From Squalus acanthias (Eukaryota), in contig CM059432.1 of assembly GCA_030390025.1 (NCBI GenBank), forward strand, positions 56,608,001-56,672,000: a DNA stretch of 64,000 nt. Direction: 5' to 3'. The notes below the pieces were generated by a model. That model was not told the origin of the DNA, searched no databases, and saw nothing but the letters and a program-made list of their open reading frames with translations. Made by a program: the position numbers and the translations under genes. The stretch's first letter is position 1. Each line of letters opens with the position of its first letter. Below are positions 63,706-64,000 of this stretch, piece after piece.

Positions 63706-64000
63706 GGTGGGGAGGGAAATCTAGAATGCTAAAGAGAAAAGACAAGGAAGCAGTGCAGGAAAGTGATTGGGGTAAGGATAACCAGATTGTGTCAGTAAGG
63801 GACAGAGCGTACAAATAAAGGAGTGCACTAACAAATAGGGTCCGGGTAAGAAAAAATGGTAATAAGACAAATAGGGCCATCGTACAAAAAAATGTTAAGA
63901 TGTCTAAAAATGTTAAAAAGACAAATCTAAAGGCACTGTATCTGAATGCATGAAGCATTCGTAATAAGGTAGACGAATTAACAGCGCAAACAGATGTAAA
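63706..64000 (+). mobile_element. CR1 LINE ORF1/ORF2 junction, running off the window
   Basis: NLKALYLNA*SIRNKVDELTAQ is the endonuclease N-terminus. Confidence 0.85.

Overview
Vertebrate nuclear DNA, probably from a cartilaginous fish (inferred from shark-type Deu-domain SINEs and the CR1/L2/Penelope repeat mix). The window lies inside the TRAPPC9 (NIBP) gene on the + strand. Two consecutive coding exons are visible, at 28231-28373 (143 nt) and 61726-61836 (111 nt), separated by a ~33.4-kb intron. Nearly all other long ORFs are retroelement debris: many CR1 LINEs, often nested, plus a second CR1/L2-group family, L2 3' ends and RTE fragments. There are also Deu-SINEs, a solo LTR, a Tigger-like MITE and about 13 non-autonomous PIF/Harbinger-type elements with 3-bp TSDs. 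The most notable structures are two Penelope-like hairpin insertions (43366-43639 and 62327-62721). Each carries back-to-back minimal hammerhead ribozyme cores, and one landed inside the hammerhead of an older Penelope-derived element. No prokaryotic features, CRISPR arrays or rRNA were seen. Family names come from recalled motifs, not database searches.
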